Below are positions 51,183 to 62,995 of a stretch of 64,000 nt of DNA, one piece after another. Position numbers and translations under genes: made by a program. The number at the start of each line of letters is the position of its first letter. Within the stretch, counting starts at the first letter, position 1. The notes under the pieces were generated by a model, which worked only from the letters and a program-made list of their open reading frames with translations, did no database searches and was not told the DNA's origin. Source of the DNA: Mobula hypostoma (Eukaryota); NCBI RefSeq assembly GCF_963921235.1, contig NC_086109.1, forward strand, positions 31,374,001-31,438,000, in the 5' to 3' direction.

Positions 51183-51659
51183 CTGCTTACACCAATCATT
51201 AGGAACATTAATTTTCTCATTAAAAACACATTTTTGCCACCCAGCATATCTGCATGGTGCCAGATCATAACCACCAGCAAAGCAGCTTCGTACAAAGAAC
51301 ACACGAGTGTATTAAATCTTTTTCTATTTCTCATTTCTACTCATGAACTCATGAAGGTCTCACTGGCTGTTTGCCTCCTATTAGATCCTCACTCATTATT
51401 GAACTAAACTCGATTACAAGAGAGGATCTCAATCACAAAGGTTTCATCTTTCACCATTGTTTCTCCAGTTTTTTTCTGGGGACCTTACACTCTGTTATAT
51501 TTAGATGGTAGGGCCTTCTGCCAAATCTGACTAATGGCCAGAGTGTCATAGCTGTCAAGGTAAATTTGTATCTCGAATGTATCCATTGTGTTTCTTGTGC
51601 TTTATCCTGCATGTTTATATTAAAAAAACACTAATGTATGTGTTCTTTATACAAATAAT

Positions 51660-52025
51660 TGGTGGTGGGGTAGAGATATGTCTCTAGCAAACGAGGTGTA
51701 AGGCGCTCCTTCCTTTCACTAGCCTACAGGTCACCCTTGGGTAAGGTGTAGCACCTGCTTAGCCCCCTGATCATGATCTTGTGAAGCCATGAGAGCAGGT
51801 GGTGGATGGCCGTATGAGCAGCTGGAGCATATCTCAAGTCCTGGTAATACGACCACTGACACCAGGCAAACAATCTCTGAAGAGTATTGATAATGGCTGG
51901 GGTCACCCTTCTTGTAAAGACACTTCTCTGGAAAAAAGTAAATCATTGACATTTTGGACAGAGAATCAGGTCTCTTTCCCTTCATCATAGAAGACCACAA
52001 TCACCTACATCATACAATACCATAC
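51660..52025 (+). mobile_element. Probable RTE-associated non-autonomous element / SINE
   Basis: GC-rich block with hairpins (CACCTGCT/AGCAGGTG; CCTGGT/ACCAGG). Family assignment is from recollection only. Confidence 0.45.
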
Positions 52026-53184
52026 ATAACAAACAAAGAAATATATGTGACATTCCCTAACTTGCCCTGCAATCCTGTTTTTACTAACACTTTTCTTTTT
52101 TCCTCACTTAGTTCAATTATTCCACACTTTTTAGTTTTCCCTTCATTCACCGCACAATTTATGGCTGAGTCTACTTCATTTGTTTTGGAGATATGCATGA
52201 CCCTACTTTTTCTCAAGAGCTTCGGAGGAGGTCCAGGTCAGAAATTAGTTTGCTCCTGAAAACAAGCCAGCAACTTTTAAAAAAACTAACCCCAACACCT
52301 GTCCACGTATGCATGGTTGGGACTGGGACAACATGTTTTGGAGAGTCATGAGTCTTTAGAATTCACTGCTACAGAAGGGCACTGAGAGCAGACTCTGGAA
52401 TACTTTTAAGACAGATGTAGATACATTTTTGATGAGAAAAGGGATGGATGATTACTAGGAGAAGACAGAAATGTGGAGTTGAGGTACAGTATAATTAGAT
52501 CAGACTTGATTTAATTAATTGACACAGCAGGTACAATGAGTTGTGTGACTTACTCTTGATGTAAATTTGTATATTTTTATGGTCATTTTAAAACCAAAGG
52601 GAGACTCCTATGTATGTTCATGAATAGTAATTAGCAGTAATAGCATTTGTAATGTATTGCATAGTACCGCTGCCACAAAGCAACAAACTTTACAAGCTAT
52701 ACAGTCCTCCAATCCAGTTGGCGGCCTTGTGAATCTTTCCTGCGCCCTCCCTAGCTTATTCACATTCTTCCCACAGAGTAACGTCTAGAACTGCATACGT
52801 TACTCCAAACCAATCCTTTGTACAAATGTAACATGATCCCTTTACTTATCATCGATGACTCAGCTGAGGAAGGAAACCATTCTGTGAAAACCAAATGTAC
52901 TATTCACCTACAGTATATTGCCATTTTCAGAGAGATATGTACTTATACCTTTAGGTCTGTCTGTTCAGAATTAACCCCCAGTACCCATTATGACCTGTTC
53001 CAAATTTAATTCCCAAAACAAATCATTTCACACTTGATGCCTTTTAATGCCATCTCCCATTCCTCGCCCATTTTCCAACTTGATCTATATTCTGCTTGGG
53101 CACCCACCTTCACTCTCCACTGCACCATCAATTTTAATGCCATCTGCCAACTTATTAATCCAAATAAATATTCATCTGATTTAT

Positions 53185-53997
53185 TAGAAACATAGAAAAC
53201 CTACAGCACAATACAGGCCCTTCGGCCACAAAGTTGTGCCGAAAATGTTCCTACCTTAGAAATTACTAGGCTTACCGAGAGCCCTCTATTTTTCTGAGCT
53301 CCATGTACCTATCCAAAAGTCTCTTAAAAGACCCTATCATATCCGCCTCCACCACCATTGCCGGCAGCCCATTCCACGCACTCACCACTCTCTGAGTAAA
53401 AAACTTACCCCTGACATCTCCTCTGTACCTACTTCCCAGCACCTTAAACCTGTGTCCTCCTGTGGCAACCATTTCAGCCCTGGGAAAAAGCCTCCGACTA
53501 CCCACACGATCAATGCCTCTCATCATCTTATACACCTATATCTGGTCACCTCTCATCCTCCATTGCTCCAAAGTGAAAAGGTCGAGTTCACTCAACCTAT
53601 TCCCATGAAGCATGCTCCCCAGTCCAGGCAACATCCTTGTAAATCTCCTCTGCACCCTTTCTATGGCTTCCACATCCTTCCTGTAGTGAGGCGACCAGAA
53701 CTGAGCAGAAGTGGGGTCTGACCAGGGTCCTATATAGCTGCAACATTACCTCTCAGCTCCCAAATTAAATTCCACGATTGATGAAGGCCAACACACCGTA
53801 TGCCTTCTTAACCACAGAGTCAACCTGCACAGCTGCTTTGAGCGTCCTATGGACTCAGACCCCAAGATCCCTCTGATCCTCCACACTGCCAAGAGTCTTA
53901 CCATTAATACTATATTCTGCCATCATATTTAACCTACCAAAATGAACCACCTCACACTTATCTGGGCTGAACTGCATCTGTCACTTCTCAACGCAGT
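53185..53997 (-). mobile_element. CR1 3' fragment
   Basis: ORF 53272-53535 YKMMRGIDRV..GHRFKV..FFTQRVVSAWNGLP; tail AGAAACATAGAAA. Confidence 0.9.
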
Positions 53998-54829
53998 TTA
54001 TATAATTCCAGAGAACACCAATAGCTGTAGAACTCTTACAGTATTTACTAAGACGGGAACTTGAGTTGTTCGTATAAGGCTATGGCCCAAGTAAATGGGA
54101 ATATTATAGATGAGTTCTTGATGGCTAGCATAGACATGCTGGGCTGAAAGATCTGATTCTGTGTTATATAACTCTATAACAGACCAAATAAAGGCCCTGC
54201 CTGCCTTCTCGGGTAGAAGATACAACAGAACTTTCTTGAAAAAGAAAAGACAGACTCTCCCCATGTCCTATTTTTACCCTTCTGCTAACAACACTAAATA
54301 AAACAGGTTATCTGGCTGTTAACTTGCCACTATTTGTGGAACTTCATTATGTATAAATCGGCTGCAGTATTTCCTATATTTCACCAGTGATTATAGCTCC
54401 AAAAATACTTCATTGGTTATAAAAGTATTTTGGGACATCCTGAACCCATAGGAAGTAGCAGGTCAAAATTAGATTATTTTTCATTTGGTTCTTGCTCATC
54501 TTACTCTTAAGAAAACAAATATAATGTGGGATTTCAGAATGTCTGAAGAGATGAGGGAAATTAAAACTGTTAACCTTCCTGATTCTTCTAGCTCTATCAA
54601 CAGGGTAGCACAGTGGTCCACTGGTTCTGCTGTAGGCCTCTCTGCCTCGGATTTGCATCTTCTCTTTGTGTTCTCATTGGGGGATTCTCACTGGATCTCA
54701 AAGTTCAGGATCAGGATCAGAATCAGGGTTAATATCACTGGAATCTGTCATGAAATTTGTTGTTTTGTGGTAGAGTACATTGCAATACATAATAATAAGT
54801 AATATAAATCACAATTATCTATCAAATAA

Positions 54830-55440
54830 GTAACACCAACCTGATTTTCACAATCTCCCTGCTTATTGAAATCCCCCAAGACTATTGCAACATTATCCTT
54901 TTCACATGTATTTTCTATCTCCCATTGTAATTTGTAGACCACATCCTTACTACCCCTGTGTTTGGGGGTCTGTATGCAACTCCCAACAGGGTATTTTTAC
55001 CCCTGCAGTTCCTTAGCTCTGTCCACAATGACTCAACACCTTCTGACTCTATGTCACCTCTTTCTAATGATTTAATTTCATGTTTTACCAACAGAGAAAC
55101 TCTGCCCCATCTCTCTTCCTGCCTATCCTTTTGTTACAATGTACGTCTTTAGACATTAAGCTCTCAGCTATAATCTTACAGCCATGTCTACATCAGTGAT
55201 GCCTACAACATCATACCTGCTAATCTGCAACTGTGCTGCAATTTTATCTACCTTATTCCATATACTGCACACATTCAGATACAACTCCTTCAGTCTTACA
55301 TTCACCCTTTTCGATTTTCTACCTTTAACATTGCAACTCCTCCTGTTGACTGCCATTTTGCCCTTTCAACAACCTCTCCTCACTACACATTGCCTCTATT
55401 TGTAAACCAGCTACCTCATCTTCAGCACTATTATCTGCCT
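54830..55440 (-). mobile_element. CR1 endonuclease fragment
   Basis: LYLNVCSIWNKVD..YDVVGIT; LGDFN. Confidence 0.8.
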
Positions 55441-55469
55441 AACAAAGGTGAAAACCTGAATATTGTCCA

Positions 55470-56130
55470 GTCTATTGATTCAAAACAATCCTGTAAGCAC
55501 TTCCCTTCACCATACACTGGTGCTGTGGTCTTTAGCCTCTGTATGTATGCTGGGAGAGAAGTATAGCCAGTTGATTGGACTTTCCAAAGTGTGGGCATGG
55601 GATGGCATGGTAGGTGGTCTTAATGGTGGTATAACAGTGGTCAGATGTGTTGCTTCCTTTGGTTCCACAGGTAATATGTTGTTTGTAGTTGTTCAGAGGC
55701 TTCTCCAATCTGGCCTGGTTGAAATCGCCTGCAATAGCACTGAAAGCATTAGGGTGCACTGTTTTGTGGCTGCTGATCACAATTCTCAGCTCCTCCAGTG
55801 TCTTCTTGATCTTGGCCTGAGCTGGACTGTGTACCACTACTAGGATGATGGCAAAATACTCCCTCAGCAGATAAAATAGAAGTTTGACTGTTAGATGTAC
55901 CAGGTCAAGTGAGCAGAATTGGAGCATGTCTGTGCACCAAGATGAGTTAATCATAAAGCATACTCTTAGAAGGCTGAGATGTCCTGTCTTCGCAGAGAAT
56001 AGTGAAACCATTGAACTGCAGTGCTGCATCCAAAATGGCAGAGATTAGCTATGTTTCCATAAAGCAATGTACACAGCAGTCCCTGATAGCCCTGTGGTAC
56101 CTGAACTTGTTCTGAACTCTTCAATTTTAT
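55470..56130 (-). mobile_element. Rex1/Babar endonuclease fragment
   Basis: FMINSSWC, YLLREY, AGDFNQA, TSDHCYTT, PHFGKS. Confidence 0.8.
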
Positions 56131-56157
56131 TTTCCAGAAACTGTACAAAAGGAGGGA

Positions 56158-56402
56158 AGAGAAGATGGTGGCGCGACTCAGCGCGTGCGGCCATTCCGAA
56201 TGGATATCGATTATATGTAACTAGGGGCTGTGCACAATCTGGATTTGATGGAGACAGCCGTGAAAAGTGCAGAGGAACATCTGGAGTAACTTCTGAAATG
56301 CCTGCTTCACTGCTGTTGCTACTGTGCGATCGAGAATCTCCGGAGACGAAGGCCCCAAATCCTCGGCTTTGCGTATCGCCTGTTACCGGGGCCAGGGTCG
56401 AA
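56158..56402 (+). mobile_element. 5' fragment of the element family seen at 8403-9085
   Basis: GAAGATGGTGGCGCGACTCAGCG and AGAGGAACATCTGG shared with the reverse complement of 8840-9085. Confidence 0.65.
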
Positions 56403-59400
56403 TGGTCATGAGTGGGGTTTAAAGCCTTTGCATCTCAATAGAATCTATAGACCAGCGTGCTTGCCATACTTCTGTTTCCTTACAGGGGAGCGTGCTGATA
56501 GATTAATTGGCTACTTTAAATTACTATGATGCAGCTGGGTGGCAAGGGAGTGAGAGACAGCTGAGAACATGTGTGAAAGAATGAGTTGATGGAAATTACA
56601 GAATGGATGGGATTGATCTGAGGGCTAGCACCAGACTGAATAGTCTCCATTTATATTGGTATCGAAATCTGATTCACATCTCCATTGAACCTTGTTTTAG
56701 CCTTAGCTTTAATGCATTGCTATTGTTTTTCTCCATCATTTCCTGTAGTAGATTACAGATTCTCATTGGCACTGAGGTGAAGAGTGCTTCTTTTGTTATC
56801 TTGCTTAACAGATGACTTTTAGCTTTACTTTTTCCCACAAGTATGCAATGTGTTAGGTTCTTCTTCTATTCCTAGTCTTGAGCATTAACAGCTCACTAGG
56901 CACATGAAGCAAACATCGATTTATAAGGCAATAAGTGAAGTGGAGAACTGAATACAAACTGTTACAATAATTAACCATAGAATGCAGTTACTCAAGGTTA
57001 CAACAACCCCGATAAACCGAATGTAATACTTGCACTTTCACAACTAATATACATATGCTGCAAAGCAGCATAGATTCACCATTGGATAAAAACATGCAGT
57101 TGTGCTAAATCAATCAACATATAGTACTTCACTGTTTTAAAGCCCATAATTAGATCTTATGTCACTTCTTGTGACTTAGTACAGATTCCCAAAACTATCA
57201 CTTACAGCATTTTTGCTTATTGTTTTACCTCCTCTAAGTTCTCCTCCATTATTGCTATATTAGATATCATTTCTCTACTACAAGTATTCTGCCTCCTAAA
57301 TCCTTATTTAATCCTGCAGCCTCCCCACCTCCACTTCACAATCTTCCTACTCCTCCACCACTATATCACTCTGTCACGTTTAATTATTTCATAGGTAAGT
57401 CTGCTGAAACATAGAAACACACGAAAAGCCCATCTTGCTCTTTGCCTTTGTTCTGCTGTTCAGTAGGATAATTACCGATCTTCTGTCTCACTATTATAAT
57501 CTTGATCTGTTCCCATGCCTCTTGAGGATTTTTGTGCCTGCTGTCTTCTATGCCTTGGCCTTCATAATCTCTGTAGCAGAGGTTTCTTCTGTTTCATATC
57601 ACTTGCAGTGAAGAACAAGAAAATGAATCTCACTGTTGTATATGGTGACATATACTGTATGTACTTTGATAACAAACTTACTTTGGACTTTGAGCTTTCG
57701 ATGCTTCCATAAGGTTCAAATCTAATTTCCTCTTGTACATTTCTTCCACTCTTCAAAGGAACAATTAAGTCAGTTGTCACAGCCTCCTAAAGAGCTGCAG
57801 CATCAGTTTCCTAATCTAGTCCCTTGCCAGCCTTCGCAAGGATATGGAGCAAAGGGTGATACAATATGACTGATGGGATTGCTCTGCTAGGAGCTGGTGT
57901 AGACACAACGAGCTGAATGATCCCCTTAAACAAGTAGTGTAGCAATTTAGTTTCCTTGTTTCCATAGAGATGGTGATACAGGACCCGTTGGTACACCCAT
58001 GATAAATTGAGCCGCCAATCAGATGCGGCATGACAGAATCCTGTGTTTCTCTTCTAAACACCTCATGCCTATAGAAATCTATAACGATGATACTGCATAA
58101 AAGTGAATTGAGTTCTCAGCCTTTTGAGTCGCTTTCTCTGCACTGAAGATCTTTGAAGTCAATGATCAATGCAGTTTGAACATGTTTCATACCCTTTACT
58201 TCATTGACTGCTTCACCTGTCAAATAAACCCAAAACAACAATGTTGCAATTGTAAAACCAATCTTCAAACTATAAATGTGGCAGGTAATAAAGTGACAGC
58301 CAAAATTCTTAGGCTGCAGCTTCAAAAATAAGTGTACCACAACCAGGACTTGCAGCTGTCACTAACCAGACACAGGGAGGCCCACGACATCCTCTGTTTT
58401 CCCTCACAATATATTCCCATTTTAGTTCTAGCTTTCTGTCAGCCAAGAATTAGCCTTAGTGTCTACAGTCTAACAATTCTTTTTTGTGCAGTCGACAGCT
58501 GGCACAAATCTCAGGGAGCTATAAAATTATCTTGCAACTTGGAAGCATCAATATACAATAGGTCATAATATTAAAATTAAGCATTAATAATTTCAGCCAG
58601 AGAGTCTTTGGCCTACCTTGAGTTTTGGCTGTTTACACAAAATTGGAATTGGAATCTGCTTATTGTTACATGTGCCAAGATGTAATGGAAAGCTTGTCTT
58701 GCATACTATTCACAAAGATCAGATCATTATAAAGTGCATTGAGGTAGAACAAAACAAAACCATAACAATGCAGAATACAGTACCAGCTACAGGGAAAGTA
58801 TATTGCAGGTAAACAGTGGTGTGCCAGCTCATAACGAGGTAGGTTGAGAGGTCAAAGTCCATCTAATCGACTTAGAGAACCATTTACCAGACTTAAAACA
58901 GGGAATAGAAGCTGTCCTTCGGCCTGATGGCACATGCTTTCTGACTTCTGTATACTCTGCTCTACTGAAAAGGGCATAAGTGAGAATGTCAAACTTGGTT
59001 GGTACCTTTGACTATACAGAGTCCATGGAGGGGAGGTTGCTTCACAAATTGTGCTGAGCCGTGTCCAGAATTCTCTTCTGTTTCTCGTGAACACATACAG
59101 GGCAGTTGCTAGACCAAGCCATTATGCATTCAGACAGATATAATTAGTAAGGGTTGATGAGGCCAAATTTCTTTAGTGTCCTAAGGAAGTAGAGATGTTG
59201 ATGAGCTTCTTTGCCCTAGCTTCGTGTGTTGGACCGAGGAGGGGGCTGAGGATACAACCTTGTGGAGCACGAGTGTTTAGGATCATTATGGCAGATATGT
59301 TGCTGCCTCTCCTCATTGATTGTGTTTTATTGGTCAGGATATCAAGAATCCAGTTTCAAAGGGAGGTGTTGACCACCTCCCCACCAAGGCCCTGAGTTTG

Positions 59401-59470
59401 GTGATGAGTTTGCTTGGAGTTATAGTACTGAAGGCAGAGTTGTGTGTTCAGTAAACAATAGTATGACATA

Positions 59471-59789
59471 TGAGGGGTGATTGATAAGTTTGTGGCCTAA
59501 GGTAGAAGGAGATGAGTTATACAGCTAACGTGCAGTTCAACTCTTTGAGTGAAAATGCAGAAAGTTTGAAGTTTCTCCTCATCTCCTTCTACTTTAGGCC
59601 ACATACTTATCAATCACCCCTGCTGTGGACCACTTTCTGAAGTTCCAAGACGTCGACTTCTACAAAGAAGGGATTCGTATGCTCCACGACCGCTGGACTA
59701 AGTGTGTAAATGTAGCAAAAATAAATGTGCTAGGTTTTTTAAAACTGACTCCTTCTACTTTAGGCCACAAACTTATCAATCACCCCTCG
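59471..59789. mobile_element. Mariner-derived MITE with TA TSD, an extra internal TIR and a transposase C-terminal remnant
   Basis: About 40-bp TIR GAGGGGTGATTGATAAGTTTGTGGCCTAAGGTAGAAGGAG; inverted copies at 59583-59621 and 59749-59789; FYKEGIRMLHDRWTKCVNV at about 59658-59714. Confidence 0.9.
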
Positions 59790-59980
59790 TAGGTGTTTTT
59801 AATGTCCAGATTCCTTAGAGATATGCGTAGGATTAGGGGGAAGGCATCTACTGTAAATCTGTTCACAGTGGTAGGCGAATTACAGTGGGTGAAAGTTGTC
59901 TGAAAAGCTACAGAATCTGGATTAAGGTTGTTACGTACGGGCAAGAATGACAACAGAGTAGTAGGATTAAATGCTCTTAC

Positions 59981-60183
59981 TGATTCATGTTAGGCACGGT
60001 ACACTCTTGTGACTTTGTGAGGGAGCAAGGAACTGGGCCCACCGAGATGAAAATCATGTGCTTTCGAAAGGCCATGCAAAAAGAGAGTGCCTCCCGCACA
60101 TAGCGGGTTGAATCGATTCCCCGTGCAATCAATCAGCTGCACGCAACATCCTGGCAATCGATCCGACGCAATTCAGAGGTCGT
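59981..60183 (-). pseudogene. Candidate decayed exon (203 nt, one in-frame TGA)
   Basis: Acceptor CGCTTTTCACTTTTCCAG, donor CA|GTAAGA, CpG-rich non-repetitive sequence. Reads TTSELRRIDCQDVACS*LIARGIDSTRYVREALSFCMAFRKHMIFISVGP... Confidence 0.45.
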
Positions 60184-62159
60184 CTGGAAAAGTGAAAAGC
60201 GATGTAGATTCTCTTTTGATTGATGCCCATTTAATTCACAAATACCTCAATATTTTGCAAGATCAGCTGCACTGACTTGACTATTATGTCTAGAATTCAG
60301 GTTGACATGATATATTTTGATGTTACGTGTTCCAATCACCCCCAAAAAAAAACAAAATGCAAGTGAAAATCAGGGAGTCCCAGGTTCCAATTTGTTCAAT
60401 ACAAAATGCACAGAAAAATCTAAATGTCCAACAACTTTCAAAGCATGTTCAGGTACCATTACAGGAACTTCCATTCATATTAAGAGTGACTGTTTCATTC
60501 CAGACCATTCCTACTAGAAGCAGACTTCTACGGTGCTGATTTCTCCATATCTTCAAGGAGGTCTCCCTGAGCTGCCCACAACATGGCAATAGGAACCCAG
60601 CTCAGATAGATTCATTTTTAAATTTTCTCTTACAGCCTCACCTTCAGCACCCTGCTTCTGCAACCAGACCCACCCCAACTAACTCCAATAGCATCGGTCT
60701 CCACTTCTCCACCCAAAATTCCTGTACCTTTGCCCCACCAAAGTATGCTATATGCTCGCATCCGAATAACTGGCCCAAATCCCAGCCACTAGTGCTAAAC
60801 TGTCCTATCAATAATAATTGTTGGCACCCTACCCTGCCTTTCCAAATCACAACTTCTGCTGACACAACCAGGCCTCTCATCTTGTCACTAATTGTTTAAC
60901 AAAGATTATTTTTTCAGAGAAATTGGATCACATAGCACCTTTACAGCTCCAGGGAAATTCTACTTTTCACTTATTTTTTCAAACTGCATAGTTAATGTAA
61001 TTTTAAGCACTTGATGAAAGAATATTTGCAGTTGCTAGTGACATCTTAACTGTATAACTGGACTCCCAAAAGTCCCAACTTCAGAACCCTTGTCATGCCT
61101 GACTATTATGCAGTCTTTTTCAAGACATCAAATTTCACTGGTCTCACTTTGCTAATTTATGAGGAAGAGAAAAAACTCTTTGAGAGGAACGTCAACTTGC
61201 ATTGCTCATGTGGCATCCTTCTGCCAGTGAAACGGAAATGTTATTTAAACCAGACATGAGAACAGATGAGACGGATCCACTCTTCAGATGTAGCATCAGC
61301 TATTTTTAGTGATTCTTTGTTTATGTTTTCAATCTCCAGAGCCTTATTCATTTTTTTGTAAGTTATTCATGCATGATCTCAGACAATTTGACAGTCCCTT
61401 AATAATTCTGTTGTCAGTGTTTGTTTACTGGATGAGTTTCAATTCAATAGTTCTCCAAAAAGCTCCACCCTGTATTCACATATCTTCTGCTTTGATGTGA
61501 AAAAAGTTCCATTTTCTGTCCTACTTACTGCAAGCCAATTGGTAAACTTGATTCCATTAACTGCTTTGAAAAGGTTGTGTTGATTATTATGTTTCACATT
61601 CCATCTTCACAGTCATTTTTCTTCTATCAAATATTGAAAGATGCTAATGGTTGAGAAAACTATTTTTTTAAAGAAAATCAATGCAGCTGAAGGTATTTTT
61701 TTAATGAACATTAAAAAGCACTAGACTGGAGTGAGAAAGCATGCAGTAATACATTTCCAATTAAATTATTGAATTATTGCGTCTCCATTAGCGCTTTCAT
61801 TCGGAGAAGAGCAAATAGACTACCCATTCTTAGCACGCATCAACACTGTGAACTGGTCATTCAGGGGATAAAGGAGCTTGGAACAACATCATTGGATCTC
61901 TGCCACTCCAGTAAGTTGCTCTTCTCAGTGGTGAGTACATCAATAAACTGACTGACGCTTATAGCAACCAACTGAGGTAGTCGAGGCAATGGTAGCCCAG
62001 GCAGAGCTGGAACAAGATATCCCTTTCTGCATTTTTCAGTCTTCTTCCCTGGAAAATATATCAGACATTTTTTTTACAAAAAGTAATATTGATCACTTGA
62101 TTAAATTATCATGTGATAATTTAAGCTGATTTTTTTTTGCACAGTAACAATATGTAGGG

Positions 62160-62995
62160 GCATAGAGTTATAGAGCATTATCACACAGAAACAGGTCCTT
62201 TGGCCCATCTAATCCATGCCAACCTTGTATTCTGCCTGGTCCCATCTATCTTTACCTGGGCAATAGCCCTCCATACCTCTCTCATCTACAGTAGGTACCT
62301 ATCAATACTTCTCCTGAATGTTACAATTGAACTCGCACCTACCACTTTCGCTGGCAGCTCTTTCCGCGCTTACACCACCTTCTCAGTGAAGAAGTTCCCT
62401 CTCAGATTACCCTGAAGTATTTCACCTTTCACACTAATCCTACAACCTCTGCTTCTAGTCTCTCCCTAGCCTGAAGGGAAAATCCTGCAAGCATTCACGC
62501 TCATAAATTTGTATACCTCTATAAGATCTAAATTTTCCTGCTCTTCAATGAATGAACTCTTAACTTATTCAACCTTTCCATATAACTCAAGTCTTCAAGA
62601 TCCAGAGTCCTTCTTGTATATTTTTCTGTACTCTTTCAAGCTTATTAATATCTTTCCGATAGGTGGGTAGCCAGAACTGTACAGAATACTCCAAATTTGG
62701 CCTTACCACCATCCTATACAACTTCAACATAACATCCCAATTATTGTACTCAATGCCCCAATGTGATGCCATTACAAGGAATTAAGGATCTGTATTTGCA
62801 GGGTCCCTTGTTCTACATCACACCCGTGTCCAATAATCCACTGTGTAGCTTTTACCCTGATTTGCCCTCCCAAAATGCAACGCCTCCCCCTTATATGCGT
62901 TAAATTCCATTGACCATTCTTCAGCCAGTTTCCAGTTCGTCCAGATCCTCCTGCAAGCTTTGACAATCTGCCTCGCTGCCCACTATGCTCCTAAT
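62160..62995 (-). mobile_element. CR1 3' fragment (older)
   Basis: LKLYRMVVRPNLEYSVQFW.P.YRKDINKLERVQ; (CATAGAGT)-like tail. Confidence 0.85.

Noticed and set aside
51660..51880. HDV-like or twister ribozyme in the RTE-associated element
   Set aside because: Hairpins are present, but I could not build the nested pseudoknot or conserved catalytic positions by eye; needs an Infernal or RNArobo search.
60636..60900. Pro/Ser-rich exon
   Set aside because: A + strand acceptor and a - strand donor overlap, and frames are open on both strands because of C-rich composition; strand and frame cannot be assigned.
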